Shown: positions 1 through 9,910, counted from the first letter of the stretch. The stretch: 64,000 bases of DNA from Candidatus Lambdaproteobacteria bacterium RIFOXYD2_FULL_50_16 (GCA_001783695.1 MFNE01000043.1:77062-141061); one strand, 5' to 3'. A program made the numbers and translations. The notes: generated from the letters alone by a model not told the origin.

Positions 1-855
1 GACAAGCGTTTTCCTTTAAGTAGCCAGCAATTAGGGGCCGAACTGGGTGGGGTGGTTTTAGAAGGCCAGCCGCAACTTAAGGTCAAGATGAAAGGGGCCG
101 ATCTGGAACTTGGGGTTGAGATCTGGGCGGGGGAGAAGGCGATTTTGTATCTAGAAAAACTTCCAGGCCAAGGGGGGTTGCCGGTGGGAGTGTCTGGGCG
201 GTTTATTAGTTTTTTATCCGGCGGGATTGATTCCCCTGTAGCCAGCCAGATGATGATGCGCCGGGGGGCCGAACTGGTGTATCTAAACTTCCATGCTTAC
301 CCCTACATCGGCCAGGAATCGAAGGAAAAGGTGTTGGCTTTGGTTAAACACCTAAGTCGCTACCAGCCCAAATCCGTCTTATTAGTCGCCCCCTTTGCCG
401 AGATTCAAAAGGCGATCAAGGCCAACTGCCGCGAGCGGTTACGGACGATTTTATACCGGCGGCTTATGTTTCAAGTAGCCAACCACATCGCCCCGCAATA
501 CTCAGTCAAAGGTTTTATCACCGGGGAAGCCCTAGGCCAAGTAGCCAGCCAAACCATTGAAAATTTGCGCTGCACCGAGGACGCTGCCACCCTTCCGGTC
601 CTGCGCCCCCTAATTGGCCTAGAGAAGGACCAAATCATCGAACGCGCCCAGGCGATTGGCAGCTTCGAGATCAGCATCCAACCCTTTCCCGACTGTTGCA
701 CCCTTTTCCAGCCGCGTCGGCCAGAAACCAAAGGCCGCATTGAGGAACTCCGTGAAGAAGAATCTCGCCTCGACCTTCCAGCCCTCTTAGAAGAGTGTTT
801 GGCAGGCCTAGAAAAACACCAATTCTACAGCCCCGGCGCAGATACCTTTTTTTAA
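1..855 (+). CDS. thiI: tRNA 4-thiouridine synthase ThiI (5'-truncated by window edge), no C-terminal rhodanese domain
   Basis: Frame is open from base 1 (DKRFPLSSQQLGAELG, THUMP-like). Motifs PGQGGLPVG, PP-loop LSGGIDSPVA, GEALGQVASQT, VLRPLIG and PDCC. Confidence 0.93.
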   Translation, partial: DKRFPLSSQQLGAELGGVVLEGQPQLKVKMKGADLELGVEIWAGEKAILYLEKLPGQGGLPVGVSGRFISFLSGGIDSPVASQMMMRRGAELVYLNFHAYPYIGQESKEKVLALVKHLSRYQPKSVLLVAPFAEIQKAIKANCRERLRTILYRRLMFQVANHIAPQYSVKGFITGEALGQVASQTIENLRCTEDAATLPVLRPLIGLEKDQIIERAQAIGSFEISIQPFPDCCTLFQPRRPETKGRIEELREEESRLDLPALLEECLAGLEKHQFYSPGADTFF

Positions 856-902
856 GAAGATGGTGTGACAAGCTTTGTAGGCCTGCATATTGCTTTTTTT
901 TC

Positions 903-931
903 TTGTAGGATGTAAGCCTACTAAGTAGGAT
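903..931 (+). promoter_or_regulatory. Putative sigma70 promoter overlapped by GTAGG/CCTAC operator-like boxes
   Basis: TTGTAG (903-908)-N17-TAGGAT (926-931). Inverted repeat CCTACT-A-AGTAGG at 917-929. GTAGGAT direct repeat at 905 and 925. Lies just upstream of the 963 ATG. Confidence 0.45.
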
Positions 932-962
932 AACCGAAAAAATCGCAATCAGGAACCTTTTT

Positions 963-1406
963 ATGAATCTCAAAGCTAGGGAAAATAAAGCAGTCGAAGA
1001 GACCATCAAAACCGTTTCCAAGCGCAGCAGCTGGTCTTTGAATCGCCCAGAAAAAGGCAAAGGCCATCCAACGCTTGCACAGATAGAGGCCTTGTCTTAT
1101 CTTGCTCGGGAAGCCTTTACCTTCTTGAATGTCGGGCCTCTACGTAAGCAGTTTGTGCGTTATTTACTCAAAAAGGCTCCTAAAAAAAACCGGGAGCGGA
1201 TCAAAAGCCTTGCCACTCTAATCGAAAATGCGGAATCCCAGAAAGCGCATCCTGAATTAATGGTGTCTTGGATAGAGGAGTCCGATCCGGCATCAGTATT
1301 AGCGGATCAACTTTTTCAAGAGAATATCAAACGGTTGGGGCTCAAGCACTACGATTTAAAAGAACTGTTAAACCAAACGACTGACTTTAGCCCCGCTCGC
1401 GGGTAG
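963..1406 (+). CDS. Hypothetical protein, candidate antitoxin
   Basis: 147-aa ORF with AGGA SD, directly upstream of a PemK/MazF-like gene. C-terminal YDLKELLNQTT resembles the MazE-type toxin-binding helix. Confidence 0.5.
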   Translation: MNLKARENKAVEETIKTVSKRSSWSLNRPEKGKGHPTLAQIEALSYLAREAFTFLNVGPLRKQFVRYLLKKAPKKNRERIKSLATLIENAESQKAHPELMVSWIEESDPASVLADQLFQENIKRLGLKHYDLKELLNQTTDFSPARG

Positions 1407-1430
1407 TCGGCTTTTACGCAAAATAACAAA

Positions 1431-1784
1431 ATGTGTTTGAACCCTATTCCTAAATGTGGGGACTTGGTTTACCTGGGCTCCAAATCAACTAGAACATACC
1501 GCTTAGTCATTTCAGATGATACTTTTAACGAAAAATCCAAAATAGTTTGGCTTTTAGAGGTTCAGTCTGGACAGGCATCCAACAAGGGACTTCGCGTCCC
1601 TTTTTTATTTAGGGATGAAGCTTTTTTTGTTAAAGTAGAGTCAATAACGTCTGTTACCTGGGAAGCTCCAAACAGCGAAGCCAACGTTCGCGAGGTAAAA
1701 ATTTTGGGGCCTATCCCCAGCGAGGCAACTGAAGAGGTTCAAGCCAAGATGGTCTCTTTATTGTTTGCAAAACGACTAAAGTAA
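1431..1784 (+). CDS. Divergent PemK/MazF-family protein
   Basis: Pattern IPKCGDLVYL...LVISDDTFNEKSKIV...VESITSVTW...ILGPIPSEATEEVQAKMVSLL follows the PemK/MazF layout, with a shortened beta1-beta2 loop. Confidence 0.65.
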   Translation: MCLNPIPKCGDLVYLGSKSTRTYRLVISDDTFNEKSKIVWLLEVQSGQASNKGLRVPFLFRDEAFFVKVESITSVTWEAPNSEANVREVKILGPIPSEATEEVQAKMVSLLFAKRLK

Positions 1785-1880
1785 GCCCTTCAAACGGATC
1801 GTTAATAGATAGACCCAGAGTGTAACTGGGTGCGAAACGGTCATTTCAGCTCAATTTATCCACTAAAAAACTTAACGATT

Positions 1881-2744
1881 TTACGACCCTATCCTTCCCA
1901 TTTTGCCGGAGCGGTAGTCTTCGAAGGCTTGGGCGATTTCTTCGGGGCTGTTCATCACAAAGGGGCCGTGGCGGTAGATGGGTTCGTTTAGGGGCTGGCC
2001 GCTTAAGAGCAGTAGAGAGAGTTCATCAAGGCCGGGGTTGATTAACTCGACCCAATCGCCTTTTTGGCCGAAGGCCACCATCTCGCCTTCACTGATCAAA
2101 GCCTCACCCAACCGCGCTTGCCCATGAGCGAGATAGATCATAGCGTTGTGACCCTCTATCACCGGCAATTGCGCCTTGCCGCCTGGAGTGAGCAGGAGAT
2201 GCAGATAACCGATAGGGGTGACCGTTTTGACTGGCGAGGTTAACCCAAAAGCGGTCCCGGCGATCACCTTAACCAGTCCCTTTTCAAACCGGTGAACTGG
2301 CACCTTGTCGGCCTTGAGTTCCTGGTATTCAGGCGGGATCAACTTGTGGCTTTGGGGCAGATTTACCCAAAGCTGAAAGCCCTCCATCACCCCACCATTG
2401 GCCAAAATTTCGTCACTCGGTAGTTCGGAGTGAATGAGCCCTGAACCAGCGGTCATCCATTGTACATCCCCTGGTCCTAAGGCCCCGCCGCCGCCGTGGC
2501 TATCCAGATGCAGATTGCCCCCTTGCAGCAAATAGGTCACCGCTTGAAAGCCCCGGTGTGGGTGGTTTGGTGCTCCAATCGCTTCACCTGGCTCCCACTC
2601 GACTGGGCCAAAATGGTCTAGCAGCAAAAAAGGGTCAAACTGCATTTGCCCCTGAATCGGGAAGGGTCGCCTGACTGGGAACCCGCCCCCCTCAAGGGTC
2701 CGAATCGAATTAACCCGGCGGCTGATGCTACGAAGTTTAGACAT
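1881..2744 (-). CDS. Pirin family protein
   Basis: EGGGFPVRR, DPFLLLDH, HPHRGF, VQWMTAGSGLIHSE, GFQLWVNLP, GPFVMN. Confidence 0.95.
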   Translation of the reverse strand: MSKLRSISRRVNSIRTLEGGGFPVRRPFPIQGQMQFDPFLLLDHFGPVEWEPGEAIGAPNHPHRGFQAVTYLLQGGNLHLDSHGGGGALGPGDVQWMTAGSGLIHSELPSDEILANGGVMEGFQLWVNLPQSHKLIPPEYQELKADKVPVHRFEKGLVKVIAGTAFGLTSPVKTVTPIGYLHLLLTPGGKAQLPVIEGHNAMIYLAHGQARLGEALISEGEMVAFGQKGDWVELINPGLDELSLLLLSGQPLNEPIYRHGPFVMNSPEEIAQAFEDYRSGKMGRIGS

Positions 2745-3025
2745 TTGATCTCCCTTTTCACCCGATTCTAACGCAAATAAGGTGTATTTGAAACGCCTTT
2801 TTGATCAAAGATTATTCACTCCAGAGTGTAAGACCCCGCCACTGCGCGTTTTAGGCTGCCTACAGTCGTCGTCAAAAGACCTCACCTGACCCTGTTATAG
2901 GGTCAACGATTTGGCTACCCTGGATCTAGGAGTGTTAAATAAAACAAAGATTAACCTAGCAAAAGGATTAAATAAACAACCTAGGGGATATGGTTTACCC
3001 AAATTCTGCGGACAAGACCAGGATC

Positions 3026-3313
3026 TTAGCTTTTTGAGCCAGACTCAGAGGGAGTTTCATTGTGAGGATTTGACTTTTCAAGAAGGTTTTTTTCTTCTTC
3101 ACCAGGGGTATAGAATTCAACCTTTTTCCGCTCTTTAGTAAAAAACAAGCCGCCCGCAGCCAGGCCCATAAGCACCAGCATAAGTTTTAAATCATCTGTA
3201 AAGCCAACCCCTTCTAACAAGTTTTTAGGGGTGAAAAAGGACAGATAACTGGCCCCAAAGAGGAAAACCGCCAAGATTAACAGCCGAAAAAAAGGGAGCA
3301 AAATTTTTAGCAT
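3026..3313 (-). CDS. Small hypothetical membrane protein (2 TM)
   Basis: ATG at 3313 (MLKILLPFF...), two hydrophobic stretches and a polar tail. Confidence 0.55.
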   Translation of the reverse strand: MLKILLPFFRLLILAVFLFGASYLSFFTPKNLLEGVGFTDDLKLMLVLMGLAAGGLFFTKERKKVEFYTPGEEEKNLLEKSNPHNETPSESGSKS

Positions 3314-3715
3314 CGAATCTACCAAACAGGTTGTGGCCCATTTTGGCCCAATCCCCAACCCTGGTCAAGGCCAGCATATTTTTTTGAAATTGAATTTTGA
3401 ATTACCTAAAGTTGTTGCCCTATACTTGGATTAGTGGTTGCCTTATTTATTAAGACTAAACTAGCCCTTCAAACCAAGTCCTCACCATCCCTATTTTGCC
3501 TTACTCGAAGTTCTGATTAATTTTGCGGTTTTTAGCGATAGTTTCTAAGAAACACACGCCGCTGCTTCGCTCCTTATTTACTGGCAAAAAGCCTCTTTAA
3601 AAAAACGTACGCCGCCCGTGGGGGCTGCAAACAAGCCCTCACGGTGAAACCCTAAAAAATGAGATTGCCTGACAGGAGCCCTTTCGGCAAAATTGCGGCC
3701 TAACTAGGAGGAGTG

Positions 3716-4051
3716 ATGCTACAAACCTTGGGGCTGTTGACGCTATCAAATCTGTTTATGACTTTCGCTTGGTATGGACACCTGAAAAGTCTGAACGACA
3801 AGCCTTTGTGGATCGTTATTTTAATAAGCTGGGGAATCGCCTTTTTTGAGTATTGTTTGCAAGTCCCGGCCAACCGGATTGGTTATCAATCCCTAAGCTT
3901 GGTTCAACTGAAAATCATTCAAGAGATCTTAGCCTTGGGCGTTTTTGCCTTGTTTGCGATTTTTTATATGCAGGTGCCTTTGTCGCGTAACTTTCTTTAT
4001 GCTGGACTCTGTTTGATAGGAGCGGCTTGGTTTATTTTTGCAGAGGTTTGA
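3716..4051 (+). CDS. DMT-superfamily small membrane protein (DUF486-like)
   Basis: SNLFMTFAWYGHLK, SWGIAFFEYCLQVPANRIG and QLKIIQE motifs. AGGAGG SD favours the ATG at 3716. Confidence 0.9.
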   Translation: MLQTLGLLTLSNLFMTFAWYGHLKSLNDKPLWIVILISWGIAFFEYCLQVPANRIGYQSLSLVQLKIIQEILALGVFALFAIFYMQVPLSRNFLYAGLCLIGAAWFIFAEV

Positions 4052-4053
4052 AA

Positions 4054-5418
4054 TTAGGGCGCAAGCTGAGTCAAGGTCGCTTGCCACAGCTCGCCCATGG
4101 TAAGCGTGCTTAAGGCTTTCGGCTCTAGGGTTTGGGAGCGTAGGGCCCAGTCTAAAGGCCAGATCAGCCCTTGGGGGCTATGCCATCGCCCGGTGGTGAG
4201 TCCTGGGGAAGGGCCTAGGTGCAGTTCGGCTTTTAACGGGCTACTTTGTAGCCGTTGCCTCCAAGTGTCCAGGTAATCAATCTGGTTAAAACTCCCTAAA
4301 CATTCCAGGCCTAAATAAAACCGTAAAATCAAAAAACTAATCCAAGTCCCTGGGCAAACCCGACCATCTTTAATCGCCTGGGCTAACGCTTCGGGGCTTA
4401 GGGGTTCTAGGCCTTGGCGTTCTGAATAAAGACCCAAACCGTTCCAGCGAGCCAGAAGAAGTTTGTTTGACTTTTTGCCTGGGTAACCAACTAAAAAATT
4501 AAAGTCAGGGTCCTGCCATTCTCCTTGTAACAACTCCAAAAAAAAAGGGTCTTTGTCCTCAATCCGCTTGGCCAAAAACAATCCAGCCAAGCGATTAAGG
4601 TCAAAAATAACCAATTTGGCCCCATTAAATAGCTTCTCTTGCAACCTCGCCGCATTCCTCGCAGCCCAGTGGCTGTACCGTTCGCCAAGGCGGGGCGGGG
4701 CCATAAGTTCCTTTACCGCAGGCTGCAACTGGGCTAGGCGAAGGTTCAAATCCTCCGGCAGGGGACTGCCATAAACCAACTGGTCACGCCAGCGTGCCCC
4801 AATCAAACTTAAACGTTGCTCCATCTCCCCATGTGCCGCCCGCTCAACTGCCGCTTGCTGGGCTTGGGTCTTCCAAGGTCCCGGCTGTAACAAGGTTTCT
4901 AACTCCAAATCCCCATAACTAAGCGCCCCACTCCAGGCGGTATTAGAAAAGGACACCCCTGAGGCGGCCCCGATCAAATAAAGCTGATTTTCTGGCAGCC
5001 CAGCGAGGCTGATTAGGTCGATTGTGGAAAAGGTGGGGCCATGGGTGGGGGTTAGGTGGTGGCTGGTTTGGATAACGGGCAAACGCGCTAGCTGACTGGC
5101 CGCCGCTTTGGCCAGGGGGGTGCCCCAACCGGCTTCTATCAGTTCCCCCTCAAAAAGTTCTAAAAAATCCGGGGGCAAAGTTTGAGGTTGAACGTGGTAA
5201 AGCTCGGCCCCGTATTTGGATAAGGGGGTAAGCCAATCTTGCGCAAAGATTTTGGCCAGCCGGGGGCGGGTCTGGGCTAAGCGGGCCAGGGCCGGGCCAT
5301 GGGGTTTGGGCTCCAAAAAAGACAAGCTCCTAAAGGTTGGGCCCGACGGCCAAATTAACTTGGGATCAAAACCCCGCTTGATCCACCAATTGCCCAATTC
5401 GGCGCTGTAACCCACCAA
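4054..5418 (-). CDS. Hypothetical protein, last gene of the polA-ridA-mpl run; true start probably downstream of 5366
   Basis: Long ORF co-oriented with mpl and overlapping its 3' end. Conserved-looking QTSHHLTPTHGP and LGSFNQIDY segments. Confidence 0.7.
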   Translation of the reverse strand: MVGYSAELGNWWIKRGFDPKLIWPSGPTFRSLSFLEPKPHGPALARLAQTRPRLAKIFAQDWLTPLSKYGAELYHVQPQTLPPDFLELFEGELIEAGWGTPLAKAAASQLARLPVIQTSHHLTPTHGPTFSTIDLISLAGLPENQLYLIGAASGVSFSNTAWSGALSYGDLELETLLQPGPWKTQAQQAAVERAAHGEMEQRLSLIGARWRDQLVYGSPLPEDLNLRLAQLQPAVKELMAPPRLGERYSHWAARNAARLQEKLFNGAKLVIFDLNRLAGLFLAKRIEDKDPFFLELLQGEWQDPDFNFLVGYPGKKSNKLLLARWNGLGLYSERQGLEPLSPEALAQAIKDGRVCPGTWISFLILRFYLGLECLGSFNQIDYLDTWRQRLQSSPLKAELHLGPSPGLTTGRWHSPQGLIWPLDWALRSQTLEPKALSTLTMGELWQATLTQLAP

Positions 5419-6781
5419 AGTCGCCGTTACTCATAACTAAAATAATATCCCCTGGCCGGGCGGCCTTAAGTGCCGCTTGGGCTAGGTTTTCGGTGCCTTC
5501 AAGGATTTGGGTGGACTTCCCTTGGGCGCTAAGCTCCTGCACAATCAAATCTAAATCCAACCGCTCCTTGGGGTCGAGTCGCTCGGCGCGGTAAAGGGGG
5601 GCAAAGGTCACTAGGTCGGCCAGGGCAAAGGCCGGGGCCATTTTAGTTTGGTGGTGTTTTCGAACAGAAGTATTGGACTTGGGCTCGTAAATCGCGTGGA
5701 TGCGGGCCTCTGGCCAAGCGCCTTTGACGGCAGCTAAGGTCTCGGCAATGGCGGTAGGGTGATGGGCGAAGTCGTCAAAAACCTTGACCGCCTCCTTTTT
5801 ATTAATTCGCTCTAGCCGCCTTTTAACGTGGCGGTAACTCGACAAAGCTTCTTGAATCTTTGCGGTTGGAATCCCCTGTTCTAAGGCTAAAAGGATTACG
5901 GCAGCCGCGTTGCGGACGTTAAATTCCCCAAACAGAGGGATCTCAAACTCGAACCAATCTTCCGCATAATTTAAGGTAAAACTCATCCCAATCCCGCCCA
6001 GTTTGGGCTTTATATTTACGATCCGCCCATGGCAATGGGGCCCCATTCCAAAGGTGACCACACGCGAATATCCGCTTTTTGCAACCTCTACCGCATGGGC
6101 GTCATCTCCGTTGGCTAAGATCAAACCATCTTTGGGGACTTGGCGCAACATCAAGGAAAAACTCCGCTTGATTTCCTCAAGGTTGTTAAAGATATCCGCG
6201 TGGTCAAACTCGATGTTATTGATCACCACAAAGTCAGGCAGGTAATGGAAAAACTTGCTTCGCTTGTCAAAAAGGCTGGTGTCATATTCGTCCCCTTCGA
6301 CCACAAAATAGCCTCCTGGCTCCACATCCCTAGAACTCACCCCAAAGTTTTCCGGCACCCCTCCCACCATAAACCCGGTCGGTTGGCCACAAGCGGTAAA
6401 GACATGGGCGGCCAAGCTAGTGGTGCTGGTTTTTCCATGGGTTCCGGTGATTACTATACTCTTTCGGCCCCTAATAAACTCATTTTTAAGGAGTTCTGCC
6501 ATCGAGATATAATCGAGGTGGTTGGTTAAGGCATATTCCACCTCCACATTGCCCCGACTTAAGGCATTGCCCAAAACCACCACGTCTGGATGGGGGATCA
6601 GATTATTAGCCGAGTAGCCCTCGAAAATCGGTATCCCGTTTTGCTCAAGCAAAGTGGACATGGGCGGATAGACGTTTTGATCTGAGCCGGTGATCCGATG
6701 TCCACGGGATTTGAGCAAAACCGCCAACGAAGCCATAGCGGTGCCACAAATTCCAGAGAAATGAAAATGCCGGTTTTCCAT
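5366..6781 (-). CDS. mpl: Murein peptide ligase (UDP-MurNAc:L-Ala-gamma-D-Glu-mDAP ligase)
   Basis: GICGTAMASLA, GSDQNVYPPMS, GNALSRGN, GTHGKTST, EGDEYD, DKRSKF, EFDHADIF, DDFAHHPTAI, MSNGDFGG. Confidence 0.95.
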   Translation of the reverse strand: MENRHFHFSGICGTAMASLAVLLKSRGHRITGSDQNVYPPMSTLLEQNGIPIFEGYSANNLIPHPDVVVLGNALSRGNVEVEYALTNHLDYISMAELLKNEFIRGRKSIVITGTHGKTSTTSLAAHVFTACGQPTGFMVGGVPENFGVSSRDVEPGGYFVVEGDEYDTSLFDKRSKFFHYLPDFVVINNIEFDHADIFNNLEEIKRSFSLMLRQVPKDGLILANGDDAHAVEVAKSGYSRVVTFGMGPHCHGRIVNIKPKLGGIGMSFTLNYAEDWFEFEIPLFGEFNVRNAAAVILLALEQGIPTAKIQEALSSYRHVKRRLERINKKEAVKVFDDFAHHPTAIAETLAAVKGAWPEARIHAIYEPKSNTSVRKHHQTKMAPAFALADLVTFAPLYRAERLDPKERLDLDLIVQELSAQGKSTQILEGTENLAQAALKAARPGDIILVMSNGDFGGLQRRIGQLVDQAGF

Positions 6782-7164
6782 CAAGCTCCCAGATAGGCCA
6801 CAAGGTCGATCTCAACCAAACAATCCAGTGGTAGTCGGTGGACCTCTACGCAGGCACGCGCCGGTTTGTGTTCCCCCATAAACTCGGCGTAAATGGTATT
6901 CATAGCGGCGAAGTCGCCCATGTCACCTAAATAAACGGTCGCTTTGACCACTTGGTTAAAATTAGCCCCGGCAGAGGCCAAAACCCCTTTTAGATTGGTC
7001 ATTACTTGGCGGACTTGATCATGAATATCAGGCCCCACCAGTTTGCCAGTGGCCGGATCAATCGGGATTTGACCAGCTGTATATAAAAAGCCACCAGCTT
7101 CAATGGCATGAGAATAAGGGCCCCGCGCAAGGGGTGCGCCTTCGGCTTGGATAACTTTGATCAT
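6781..7164 (-). CDS. ridA: RidA/YjgF family imine deaminase
   Basis: [41 protein letters not shown]. Confidence 0.93.
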   Translation of the reverse strand: MIKVIQAEGAPLARGPYSHAIEAGGFLYTAGQIPIDPATGKLVGPDIHDQVRQVMTNLKGVLASAGANFNQVVKATVYLGDMGDFAAMNTIYAEFMGEHKPARACVEVHRLPLDCLVEIDLVAYLGA

Positions 7165-7216
7165 GGTTGCCTCCTAGATTAAGTGGTTTTAAACATGCCT
7201 GATTTTACCGGGGCAA

Positions 7217-9910
7217 TCAATGGGCTAAACCCCAATTTGGTCCCTGCCCAATATCCGCCACCAAAGGCACCGTCAAGGTCGCGGCGTTTTCCATGATTTT
7301 TTTTATCAAGGGTCCAGCCTGGGCGTAATCCTCTTCAGCCAGTTCGAACACTAATTCGTCATGGACCTGTAAAATCATTTTGGCTTTAAGCAAACCCTGG
7401 TCGATAACCGTCTTTAGGTCAATCATGGCCAGCTTAATCAAATCCGCTGCCGAGCCTTGGATGCGGCTGTTAATCGCTGCCCGTTCGGCACTGGCGCGGG
7501 CTAGGTGATTTTTAGAATTTATCTCGTCAAAACCCCGTCGGCGGCCAAACAGGGTTTCGACGTACCCCTTTGAGCGCACAAAGTCTAAGGTTTCATCCAT
7601 ATAAGATTTGATCCCAGGGTACCGCGCAAAATAAGCGTCAATAAAGGCCTTGGCTTCTTTGTTAGAGACCCCAATTTCGCTAGAAAGTCGAAAGGCCCCC
7701 ATGCCGTAGATAATACCAAAGTTAATCGCTTTGGCCGCCCGCCTTTGCTCGGAGGTCACTAAGTCTGGGGGCAACTGATAAATCGCGGCCGCCGTTTGCA
7801 AATGCACATCGCCCCCTGCCTTAAAAACCTCGATCAGTCCAGGATCGGCTGACAGGTGGGCCAAAAACCGGAGTTCAATTTGGGAATAGTCAGCACTGGC
7901 TAAAACCTTTCCCGGTGGAGCAACAAAGGCAGAACGGATCTGGCGTCCCTCTTCACCCTTGATAGGGATGTTTTGCAAGTTTGGGTTTTTCGAAGCCAGC
8001 CGCCCGGTAGCGGCTACAGTTTGCATGTAACTAGTATGAATCCGCCCGGTTTGGGGATTAATTAAGAGGGGCAAGGGTTCGAGGTAGGTGTTTATCAACT
8101 TGGTTTTAGAGCGGTATTCTAAGAGCAACTTGGCGATTTTATGCTCTGGGGCCAGTTGTTCTAAGACCGAAGCATCGGTACTATAACCGGTTTTAGTTTT
8201 CTTTTTGGCTCCGCCAATGGCCATTTTTTCAGGGCTAAATAAAATCTCGCCTAACTGTTGGGTAGAGTTTAAATTAAACCGCTCGCCTGCCTCTTTATAA
8301 ATCGCCTCTTCTAGCTGGGTTAAACCCTGTTCAATCCCGGTCTGGATCTCTTTTAATCGGTCCTTGTCCACCAATACCCCCTGGCATTCCATCTCGGCCA
8401 AACAGCGCAAAAGGGGTATTTCGATTTTTTGGTACAGGGCTTTTAGGCCTTTTTCAGCAAGTTGTGGTTCAAATTTTTCGTAAAGCAACAAGGCCGCTTC
8501 GGCGTCTTCGGCGGCGTAGCGTAACGCCTGATCCAAAGGGACTTGAGAAAACAAAATCTGGTTTTTTCCTTTGCCACAAAGGTCTTCAAAATGGATCATC
8601 TCGTGTCCTAAATGTTGGCGAGATAGTTCGTCTAGGCCATGGCGGTGGCTGCCGGCATCTAGCAGATAAGACTGAATCATCGAATCGCCCAACTTGGCCT
8701 CCAGCCTTCGTCCCTGGGCGGCGAGGATCATCAATTCATATTTGGCATTTTGCGCGAGCCATTCGCGCTTAGGGTCATTAAAAAGGGGGGCCAAGGCGTC
8801 TAACACCTCCTTGGTACTTAGCTGGGGGTGGTCGGTTTGGTGCGCCGTGGGGATATAGACCGGGTCCCCTCCGGGCCAAGCGAGAGACAGCCCCACCACT
8901 TGGGCTACCAAAGGGTCAAGCCCGGTGGTTTCAAAGTCAAAGGCCGCCCGCTCCACCTGGGCCAGTTCCTTTAAAACCTGATCAAAAGCGGTTCGGTCGG
9001 TGATTAAACGGTAGCGGCCATAATCCCAATCGTCCTTAGTTGGTGCAGTCACAGAGACCGCATCGGCCCCTTCTAAAAACCGGTCTGGGCGAAAACCCAT
9101 CTCTTGGTAAAAGGCTTGTAATTCGGGGTAGTGAGGAGCCCGAAGCCGAAGCTGTTCTAGGTCCAAGTCAATGGGCAAATCTAAGACCACTTCAGTCAAT
9201 TTTAAACTTAGATCTACATTGGCCTTGGAGTCAGCAAGGTTTTCTTTGACCTTTCCTTTAATTTTTTCCAGATTTTGGTAAATCCCCGCAAGGTCCCCAA
9301 ACTCGTCAAAGAGTTTGACTGCGGTCTTAGGTCCGATCCCATGGGCACCGGGGATGTTGTCTGAAGCGTCGCCCACTAAGGCTAAATATTGGGCCATTAG
9401 GGCAGGCGGGACTCCCCATTTCTCCTTGACCATGGCCGAGTCATAAAGCACCTCTTTCATCCCGTCGTACATCTTAACCTCGTCGTTGACCAACTGGGCC
9501 AGATCTTTGTCTCCAGAGACAATCACGGTTTCGATCTCTTTAGAAAACTTAACCGCTAGACTGCCAATCAGGTCGTCGGCCTCGTAGTGGTTTTCTTTAA
9601 GGATGGTCAAATTTAGGGCCTCGCAAAGCCGAAAAATAGGCTCAAATTGGAGCCCCAAATCCTCAGGGGGCGCATCGCGGTTGGCTTTGTAGTCGGGAAA
9701 AAGCTCGTTTCTAAAACAAGGTCCCGGAGTGTCGAATACCATCACCAAATGGCTGGGGGTAAACTGGGTCAATAAAGACAGCAGCATATTTTTAAAGCCT
9801 ACCACCGCGTTGGTGGGCAGTCCGCTGGGGCTGGTCAATCCAGGGCGAACGCCGTAATAAGCACGGAAGATATAGCTGCTACCGTCAACTAAAAAAAGTT
9901 TGTTGGTCAT
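7217..9910 (-). CDS. polA: DNA polymerase I
   Basis: 5'-nuclease motifs LVDGSSYIFRAY, EADD and GDKD; 3'-exonuclease DFETTGL; polymerase TGRLAS, ADYSQIELR, KAINFGIIYG, QVHDEL. Confidence 0.98.
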   Translation of the reverse strand: MTNKLFLVDGSSYIFRAYYGVRPGLTSPSGLPTNAVVGFKNMLLSLLTQFTPSHLVMVFDTPGPCFRNELFPDYKANRDAPPEDLGLQFEPIFRLCEALNLTILKENHYEADDLIGSLAVKFSKEIETVIVSGDKDLAQLVNDEVKMYDGMKEVLYDSAMVKEKWGVPPALMAQYLALVGDASDNIPGAHGIGPKTAVKLFDEFGDLAGIYQNLEKIKGKVKENLADSKANVDLSLKLTEVVLDLPIDLDLEQLRLRAPHYPELQAFYQEMGFRPDRFLEGADAVSVTAPTKDDWDYGRYRLITDRTAFDQVLKELAQVERAAFDFETTGLDPLVAQVVGLSLAWPGGDPVYIPTAHQTDHPQLSTKEVLDALAPLFNDPKREWLAQNAKYELMILAAQGRRLEAKLGDSMIQSYLLDAGSHRHGLDELSRQHLGHEMIHFEDLCGKGKNQILFSQVPLDQALRYAAEDAEAALLLYEKFEPQLAEKGLKALYQKIEIPLLRCLAEMECQGVLVDKDRLKEIQTGIEQGLTQLEEAIYKEAGERFNLNSTQQLGEILFSPEKMAIGGAKKKTKTGYSTDASVLEQLAPEHKIAKLLLEYRSKTKLINTYLEPLPLLINPQTGRIHTSYMQTVAATGRLASKNPNLQNIPIKGEEGRQIRSAFVAPPGKVLASADYSQIELRFLAHLSADPGLIEVFKAGGDVHLQTAAAIYQLPPDLVTSEQRRAAKAINFGIIYGMGAFRLSSEIGVSNKEAKAFIDAYFARYPGIKSYMDETLDFVRSKGYVETLFGRRRGFDEINSKNHLARASAERAAINSRIQGSAADLIKLAMIDLKTVIDQGLLKAKMILQVHDELVFELAEEDYAQAGPLIKKIMENAATLTVPLVADIGQGPNWGLAH

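Noticed and set aside
2887..2905. Inverted repeat TGACCCT-N5-AGGGTCA upstream of pirin
   Set aside because: Single instance with no U-tract and no recognisable regulator consensus; it cannot be assigned.
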